This document shows positions 58,401-64,000 of a stretch of 64,000 bases of DNA, one piece after another. Numbering within the stretch: position 1 is the first letter of the stretch; the number at the start of each line of letters is the position of its first letter. The notes under the pieces were generated by a model. The model was not told the origin of the DNA, made no database searches, and was given only the letters and a program-made list of their open reading frames with translations. The position numbers were made by a program, and so were the translations under genes. This stretch comes from Odoribacteraceae bacterium (lineage in GTDB: Bacteria; Bacteroidota; Bacteroidia; Bacteroidales; Marinifilaceae): the NCBI GenBank assembly GCA_031276355.1, contig JAISNC010000061.1, positions 17,285 through 81,284 of the forward strand. The letters are read 5' to 3'.

Positions 58401-59693
58401 TTACAACGGTTTGCCCAACAAGGCAAACATGTTCTTCTTGTAGGTTTCCACGCCGGGCTGATCGAAAGCGTTCACGCCCAGTATCCCGGCAGAGATGCCG
58501 CACCCCAGTTCGTAGAAGTAGAATAGCTCGCCCAGATGGTACTCCGTCAGTTCGGGCAGGAGTATTTGCAAGTTGGGAACCCCTCCCTCCACGTGGGCCG
58601 CGCGGGTACCCAGTTCCGCCATCTTGTTTACCTCATCTATTCTCTTGCCGGCCAAGAAATTCAAGTTGTCTAAGTTCAGGTCATCCGAAGGTACGACAAG
58701 CGGATACTTTGTCTTGTCAACAGAGAGCACCGTCTCGAAGAGCTCCCGCCGTCCTTCCTGAATGTACTGTCCCATCGAGTGGAGGTCGGTAGAGAAGTCC
58801 GCGCCGGCGGGGAATATCCCCCGGTGTTCCTTGCCCTCGCTCTCGCCATAGAGTTGTTTCCACCACTCGATGACGTAGTGGAGACGGGGATTATAGTTAA
58901 CGGTGATCTCCGTGGTGTAGCCTTTCCGGTAGAGCGCGTTACGCGTGGCGGCGTAGTCAAGCGCCATCGGATCGCCCTTCTCCAGTGAACGCGCCTGCAT
59001 CGCGGCTGCCCCCTCGACCAACGCCCGGATGTCAAACCCGGCCAGCGCCACGGGCAGCAACCCGACGGGGGTTAGCACGGAGTAACGTCCCCCCACGTTA
59101 TCGGGGATCACGAAGGTGTCGTACCCCTCCTGCCCCGAGAGGAGGCGTAAAGCGCCGCGCCGTTCGTCCGTGATGGCCACGATACGCTTCCTGGCCTCTT
59201 CTCTCCCCACTTTCCGCTCCAACAACTCCCGCAACAAGCGAAACGCGATGGCCGGCTCGGTGGTGGTGCCCGACTTGGAGATCACGCATATACCAAAAGA
59301 GCGATGCTCCAAGTAACGCTCCAGCTCCACGTAATACTCTTCACTCAGGTGATGACCCGCGAAGAGGACGCGCGGAGGAGCTTGCAAGGAGTCGAAACTC
59401 CCGGATAGCGTCTCGATCACGGCTTTTGCTCCCAGGTAAGATCCCCCGATACCCACGACGACGACCACCTCCACCCGTTGCCGAAGCGCCCCGGCACATC
59501 GGTCGATGCGCTCCAGAGCCTCCCTCGTGAGTTGAGAAGGCAGTCGTAACCAGCCCAAGAAGTCGCTCCCGGGCGCCGTGCCGTTTATCAACGAGGCAAG
59601 TGCCTCCACCCCTTTCGCTCGTTGCAATGCAATCTCGCTTTCGCTCGCGAAAGGTAACACGCTGGTATAGTCCAATTGTATTCGATCCATCAT
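58401..59693 (-). CDS. pgi: glucose-6-phosphate isomerase
   Basis: 430 aa. ...[15 protein letters not shown]..., [35 protein letters not shown]. Confidence 0.92.
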   Translation of the reverse strand: MMDRIQLDYTSVLPFASESEIALQRAKGVEALASLINGTAPGSDFLGWLRLPSQLTREALERIDRCAGALRQRVEVVVVVGIGGSYLGAKAVIETLSGSFDSLQAPPRVLFAGHHLSEEYYVELERYLEHRSFGICVISKSGTTTEPAIAFRLLRELLERKVGREEARKRIVAITDERRGALRLLSGQEGYDTFVIPDNVGGRYSVLTPVGLLPVALAGFDIRALVEGAAAMQARSLEKGDPMALDYAATRNALYRKGYTTEITVNYNPRLHYVIEWWKQLYGESEGKEHRGIFPAGADFSTDLHSMGQYIQEGRRELFETVLSVDKTKYPLVVPSDDLNLDNLNFLAGKRIDEVNKMAELGTRAAHVEGGVPNLQILLPELTEYHLGELFYFYELGCGISAGILGVNAFDQPGVETYKKNMFALLGKPL

Positions 59694-59696
59694 TTT

Positions 59697-60281
59697 CTAT
59701 TTTTTATTTTTTCGATTCTTCAATTCATCCCTGTAAAGAGAAGCTTTCTCGTACTCCTCTTTCGCCACGGCTTCCTCCATCAGGCGGGTCAACTCCGCGT
59801 CGGTAAACGCGTCTAACCGTCGTTCCTCCTCCAAGGTCTCTTTAAGCACCATCTCGTCCCCTTGCACCACCAACGCCGTCTTCTCGAAGACAGTACCGGC
59901 AATGTATATCGGGGCTTTGAAACGCAAGGCCATCGCCACCGCGTCCGACACGCGGGAGTCCAGCTTAATCTCCCCGCGCGGAAGAGAGATATGCATCTCC
60001 ACGAAGTACACTCCCGCTTCCCAACGATGGATGTAAATACCTGTCAATGTAGCCTCTATCTTATCCATTAACTCTTGCATCAAATCGTGAGGCAGCGGCC
60101 GATGTCCCCGCCCGTGCTCCAATTGCACGGCGAGTGCGTGGGCCTCGGTCTCCCCGATGATAACGGGTATCCGGTAGTGATCCTCCTCGTCGGCCAGCAT
60201 CAACGCGTAGACCTTCGTCCGGGAGAGACTGTAAGATATCCCTATCAGTTTCAATCGTATCCAGTTCACTCCATCCATCAC
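59697..60281 (-). CDS. bifunctional nuclease (BFN/DUF151) family protein with a C-terminal UVR-like motif
   Basis: 194 aa. ...YALMLADEEDHYRIPVIIGETEAHALAVQLEH...RPLPHDLM..., C-terminal EEAVAKEEYEKASLYRDELKNR. Confidence 0.8.
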   Translation of the reverse strand: MMDGVNWIRLKLIGISYSLSRTKVYALMLADEEDHYRIPVIIGETEAHALAVQLEHGRGHRPLPHDLMQELMDKIEATLTGIYIHRWEAGVYFVEMHISLPRGEIKLDSRVSDAVAMALRFKAPIYIAGTVFEKTALVVQGDEMVLKETLEEERRLDAFTDAELTRLMEEAVAKEEYEKASLYRDELKNRKNKK

Positions 60282-60288
60282 CGTCCTA

Positions 60289-61488
60289 TCAGAAAACCCG
60301 ACAAATACGTGCTAACCCGCCCAGGCTGGTCTCGCGATATTTCGCCTGCATGTCATACCCCGTCTGCATCATCGTCTCCACGACATCGTCAAACGACACC
60401 TTGTGATGACCGTCCGAGAAGAGGGCGTATATCGCGCACTCCCGCGCTTTCTGCGAGATAAACGCGTTCCGCTCGATGCACGGGATCTGCACGTATCCCC
60501 CCACCGGGTCGCAGGTCAAGCCCAGATTGTGTTCAAAACCCATCTCGGCGGCGTACTCTACCTGCATGGGGGAACCGCCCAGTATCTGGGCCGCCGCCCC
60601 GGCAGCCATCGCGCAGGCCGTCCCCAACTCGCCCTGGCACCCCACCTCCGCTCCCGAAATAGAGCCGTGGGTCTTCACGATATTGCCTATCAGGCCGGCC
60701 GTGGCCAACCCTTTCAATAGACGTTGATCGCTGATGTTCTGATCCTGTCGCAAGAAATACAACACGGCCGGGAGCACGCCGGCCGCCCCACACGTGGGTG
60801 CCGTCACTACCAACCCGCCACCGGCATTCTCTTCCGCCACGGCCAAAGCCGCGGCAAATACCGTTCCCATGTGGCGGAGCGCCCCCGCCGACTGTTGCGC
60901 CCGGATGTGGTAGGAGGCGGCTTTCCGCGCCAACCGCAGGTTACCCGGTAGTACGCCTTCATTTGCCAGCCCATTATGGATGGCGTTCTGCATCACGTGC
61001 CACACTTGCGCCAAGTAATCGTAAAGATCGGGACCCTCGTGCATCTCCACGTACTCGAAGAAGGAGCGCCCCTCTGCCTTACACCACTTCAAGAGTTCCG
61101 ACATCTTAATATCCGGGTAGAGGTCTTCGCCCTCGAAGGTACCCTCCTCGTCCCACAACGTTCCGCCCCCGACACTGTATACTTCCCAACGTGCCGTGAC
61201 GCGTTCCCCATCCAAGGCCTCGAATAACATCCCGTTGGGGTGATGCGGGAGGTTCTCTTCCGGGCACCAGACGATCTCTGTCTCCGCCGCATCGCGGATG
61301 ACCTTGCGGATGGCCTCATCCGTCCCGTGTCCCTTGCCGGTGAGCGCCAGGCTCCCGTAAAGCGTTACCCTGACTGCGGGTGTCCCCGGGTGATTGTCCA
61401 TAAAGCGGTGCGCTGCTTGCCCCGGCCCCATCGTGTGGCTGGAGGAGGGGCCGTAACCTATCTTATATATCTCTTTTATCGAACGCAT
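60289..61488 (-). CDS. sdaA: L-serine ammonia-lyase, iron-sulfur-dependent, single chain
   Basis: 399 aa. MRSIKEIYKIGYGPSSSHTMGP..., GSLALTGKGHGTD, VVTAPTCGAAGVLPAVL, GAEVGCQGE. Confidence 0.92.
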   Translation of the reverse strand: MRSIKEIYKIGYGPSSSHTMGPGQAAHRFMDNHPGTPAVRVTLYGSLALTGKGHGTDEAIRKVIRDAAETEIVWCPEENLPHHPNGMLFEALDGERVTARWEVYSVGGGTLWDEEGTFEGEDLYPDIKMSELLKWCKAEGRSFFEYVEMHEGPDLYDYLAQVWHVMQNAIHNGLANEGVLPGNLRLARKAASYHIRAQQSAGALRHMGTVFAAALAVAEENAGGGLVVTAPTCGAAGVLPAVLYFLRQDQNISDQRLLKGLATAGLIGNIVKTHGSISGAEVGCQGELGTACAMAAGAAAQILGGSPMQVEYAAEMGFEHNLGLTCDPVGGYVQIPCIERNAFISQKARECAIYALFSDGHHKVSFDDVVETMMQTGYDMQAKYRETSLGGLARICRVF

Positions 61489-61528
61489 CTTGACCTCTTT
61501 TATCGTGTTACTTCATTAAATGAAAAAA

Positions 61529-61870
61529 GGGTGGCCCTGTAAGCCGGATTCTGTACCTCGCGGTTTCTATCATTTATCTACCCCGCCGGGTCACCCCGTG
61601 GGTTTAGCGACCTACCCCCTAACATCAGCCGGGCTAGCCTAAGCGTTAGTGTACATGGTCTTGCAACTCGTGGGACGTGCGGCTACCCCGGTCACCCGGA
61701 GTACCGGTAGGCTCTTACCCTACCTTTTCACCCTTATCCCGCGGACGGGACGGTTGTTTTCTGTCACGCTACCTCACCCTCTCGAGCAACTTCCCGTTAG
61801 GAAGCACGATGCCCTGCGTTGTCCGGACTTTCCTCTCTCCCTCGCGGGCGAGCGATAGAACGGGCCACCT
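61529..61870 (-). ncRNA. rnpB: RNase P RNA, bacterial type A
   Basis: The minus strand reads GGUGGCCCG...GAGAGGAAAGUCCGGAC...AAGGGUGAAAAGGUAGGGUAAGAGCCUACC...GGUAGAUAAAUGAU...ACAGAAUCCGGCUUACAGGGCCACC. It has the conserved P4 and J11/12 strings and P1 pairing between the two ends. Confidence 0.9.
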
Positions 61871-61883
61871 TTTCTCATTGATA

Positions 61884-62474
61884 TTAATTCATCATCGGGT
61901 CTTCCGGGAATACCGCCCGGATACAGTACTGCCCGCCCAACGCGCTCATGGCATCGCTCCATAAGCCCTCGATAGACGGGGAGAATACCCTATCCGCGCC
62001 CATATCCCCGACAAACCACGAATGTTCCTCTAACTCCTCTTTTAATTGCCCGCTCCCCCAACCGCTGTAACCCACGAAAAAGCGCACCTCGTTCGGCTGC
62101 ACTTTCTCGTCGCGAAGCATCCTCATCAGCATCTTGGAATCACCTCCCCAGTAGATCTCTCCCGGTAACACCCGCATCCCGCCGATCTCCGGCAACCGAT
62201 GAAGGTAGTAAAGTCGATTCGGCTCCACGGGACCGCCCGCGTATAGCAAACATTCAACCCCCTTCAACGCGTGCAGCAACCCCGCCATCGTATGAGGCAA
62301 CGGTTTATTCAACACGAAACCAACGCTCCCCCGATCGTTATGTTCCACCATGTAAATGACCGAACGATTGAACATGGAACCTTGCAGGAGCGGATCCGCT
62401 ATCAACACCTGCCCCGCTTTCACGCGGTTCCCGTCGTGTCGTGTTCGAGACAAATATTGAAACTGTTCTTTCAT
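61884..62474 (-). CDS. YqgE/AlgH family protein
   Basis: 196 aa. ...AGQVLIADPLLQGSMFNRSVIYMVEHNDRGSVGFVLNKPL...GGPVEPNRLYYLH...GYSGWGSGQLKEELEE. Confidence 0.85.
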   Translation of the reverse strand: MKEQFQYLSRTRHDGNRVKAGQVLIADPLLQGSMFNRSVIYMVEHNDRGSVGFVLNKPLPHTMAGLLHALKGVECLLYAGGPVEPNRLYYLHRLPEIGGMRVLPGEIYWGGDSKMLMRMLRDEKVQPNEVRFFVGYSGWGSGQLKEELEEHSWFVGDMGADRVFSPSIEGLWSDAMSALGGQYCIRAVFPEDPMMN

Positions 62475-62505
62475 GGCGTGATTTCTATGTCTAAGATATA
62501 AACAG

Positions 62506-62513
62506 TACTTTTG
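62506..62513 (+). promoter_or_regulatory. candidate -7 box (TACTTTTG) for the DUF4294 gene
   Basis: TAnnTTTG match 32 nt upstream of the 62546 ATG. Confidence 0.4.
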
Positions 62514-62545
62514 TGTACTAAAAAAGTCACCGCGAAGATAGTATA

Positions 62546-63130
62546 ATGTACAAAATAATACTCGTCATCGGGCTATCTTTATTTCTCTCGGGGAGCGCCC
62601 ACGCGCGACACGAGGGAGGAGGCCTCGTCAACCGGCAGGCAGACTCCCTCCGGCACTACCTCCTCCCGGAGGTACGGGTCGTCGGTAAAGTCCGAAGCAA
62701 GAGGTATTACGAGCGCCTCCGCGACAGGGATGCCCGCACTCGCCACAACGTGCGTAGGGCTTACCCTTACGCGAAGGAGGCCGCCCGGCGTATCGAGCAA
62801 ATAGAGGCAAGGCTATCGACCGTCTCTACCGAAAAGGAACGAAAAGAGATTATCAAGACGGAGTACGATAACCTGATGAAGAGATTCAAGGAACCGCTGA
62901 TGAAGCTCACCATCACGCAAGGCCGGATTCTCGTCCGGTTGATCTACCGAGAGACGCGAAAAAGTTCCTTCTACCATATCAAAGAGTATAAAGGGGGCGT
63001 GAACGCGTATTTTTGGCAATCGCTGGCCCTGCTGTTCGGCAATAACCTGAAAGCAGATTACGATCCCGATGGTACCGACTTCGAGATCGAGCAAATCGTG
63101 CAGGAGATCGAGAGAGGCGACGTTCTTTAA
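62546..63130 (+). CDS. DUF4294-like secreted protein
   Basis: 194 aa. Signal peptide, basic region, ...VRRAYPYAKEAARRIEQIEARL...KLTITQGRILVRLIYRETRKSSFYHIKEYKGG. Family recalled from memory. Confidence 0.65.
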   Translation: MYKIILVIGLSLFLSGSAHARHEGGGLVNRQADSLRHYLLPEVRVVGKVRSKRYYERLRDRDARTRHNVRRAYPYAKEAARRIEQIEARLSTVSTEKERKEIIKTEYDNLMKRFKEPLMKLTITQGRILVRLIYRETRKSSFYHIKEYKGGVNAYFWQSLALLFGNNLKADYDPDGTDFEIEQIVQEIERGDVL

Positions 63131-63350
63131 TACACCTTTCAACAAGCGCATGCCTGATCGCCCACCCACCTCTACGTTGTCTCCTATTTTCTGGCTATAA
63201 GTGGATTTCACGTTCGTCAGCGTACATACACGTTGTAGCAAAAACCGGCATCATCCGGCCCGCTCTCTGAGCCAATCCTGAAACTTTCCTGGTTGATCCT
63301 TGCACGTTCTTGATTTTTCACATACCTTCGCAGCCTCCAAAATCAGTACC

Positions 63351-63424
63351 GGTCCGGTAGCTCAGTTGGATAGAGCAACAGCCTTCTAAGCTGTGGGTCG
63401 CGCGTTCGAGCCGCGCCCGGATCA
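63351..63424 (+). tRNA. tRNA-Arg (anticodon TCT)
   Basis: GGTCCGGTAGCTCAGTTGGATAGAGCAACAGCCTTCTAAGCTGTGGGTCGCGCGTTCGAGCCGCGCCCGGATCA. Cloverleaf with 7-bp acceptor stem, anticodon loop CTTCTAA and T-loop GTTCGAG. Confidence 0.95.
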
Positions 63425-63574
63425 CGAGAAAGAAATAGACGATATACAGTACGATAACGAGTTAAGGGCTTTGTAAGTTCAATTAGTAAATGCAACTGAA
63501 GTAAGAAAAAACCCACGGTTTGGGGTGCACCCTCAACCGTGGGTTAGGAAAAAAGTTTTTACTTTGCAGTTGTC

Positions 63575-64000
63575 ATGAAAACTAAAAAACAATTAACCCG
63601 GGAGCAAAGATACGAAATAGAAGTATTACTCCGGGCAGGAAAGAGACAAAAAGAGATAGCTGAACTTGTTGGAAAAGACAAGTCGGTTATAAGTAGAGAA
63701 CTCAAGCGCAACAGCCACAAACGGGGCTATTCCGCCCGTCTGGCTCAGGAATATGCCGATGAACGCAAAGAGCGTTACCGGTTAAAGCGCAAGTTCACTG
63801 AAAATATACGGAAGAAAGTGATCAAGGAACTGGTCGAAGAACAGTGGTCTCCGGAACAAATCGTTGGCAAGGCTAGGCGGGACGGCGTGCCGATGGTAAG
63901 CCAGGAGCGCATCTGTCAGTTTATCAGGGAAGACAAAAAGAACGCCGGCACACTTTATAACCACCTTCGACACAGGCTCAAACACCGAAAACGACCGGCG
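63575..64000 (+). mobile_element. IS30-family insertion sequence: 5' part of the transposase ORF, running off the window
   Basis: Translation from the ATG at 63575 is MKTKKQLTREQRYEIEVLLRAGKRQKEIAELVGKDKSVISRELKRNSHKRGYSARLAQEYADERKERYR...WSPEQIVGKARRDG...RICQFI. This has the IS30 HTH and the typical WSPEQI motif. The left IS end lies somewhere in 63430-63570 and is not defined. Confidence 0.85.

Overview
A GC-rich Bacteroidota (Bacteroidales-like) chromosomal segment. The phylum call rests on SusC/SusD pairs, many lipobox lipoproteins, a DUF3575/DUF3868 pair, the sigma-54 activator/LptE-like/SecG neighbourhood, and recurring TAnnTTTG -7 promoter boxes. Most of the window is housekeeping: glyQS, groES-groEL, secG, leuACDB with a Leu-rich leader-peptide attenuator, rocD, tamB, lpxB, mtaB, pgi, sdaA, RNase P RNA and tRNA-Arg(TCT). 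The accessory parts are: (1) an 8-gene minus-strand polysaccharide-utilisation-like locus (8.6-26 kb) with two SusC/SusD pairs, three fasciclin (FAS1) lipoproteins and one putative glycosidase; (2) two fimbrillin-like/FISUMP lipoprotein paralogs, one cut by the window start; (3) a GatB/YqeY - HydG-like radical SAM - rubredoxin module; (4) an AT-rich island (46.9-50.2 kb) with about 1.3 kb of ORF-free DNA followed by an orphan DUF3575/DUF3868 pair; (5) a TetR-TolC-HlyD-2xATPase-2xABC-2 permease exporter operon whose TetR gene looks frameshifted at a CT repeat; (6) an IS30-family element next to the tRNA. The intergenic DNA carries a dispersed family of REP-like palindromic repeats. I did not recognise an obvious new multi-gene protein system such as a defence island. 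The stretches least explained by standard annotation are the 0.96-kb non-coding block after an orphan ECF sigma gene (a 48-bp-arm inverted repeat plus a 21-bp palindromic tandem array), the variant-cysteine HydG-like module, the FAS1-rich double SusCD locus, and the ORF-free AT-rich block with an orphan minus-strand terminator. All calls come from reading the ORF translations and the DNA by eye. No database search was run.
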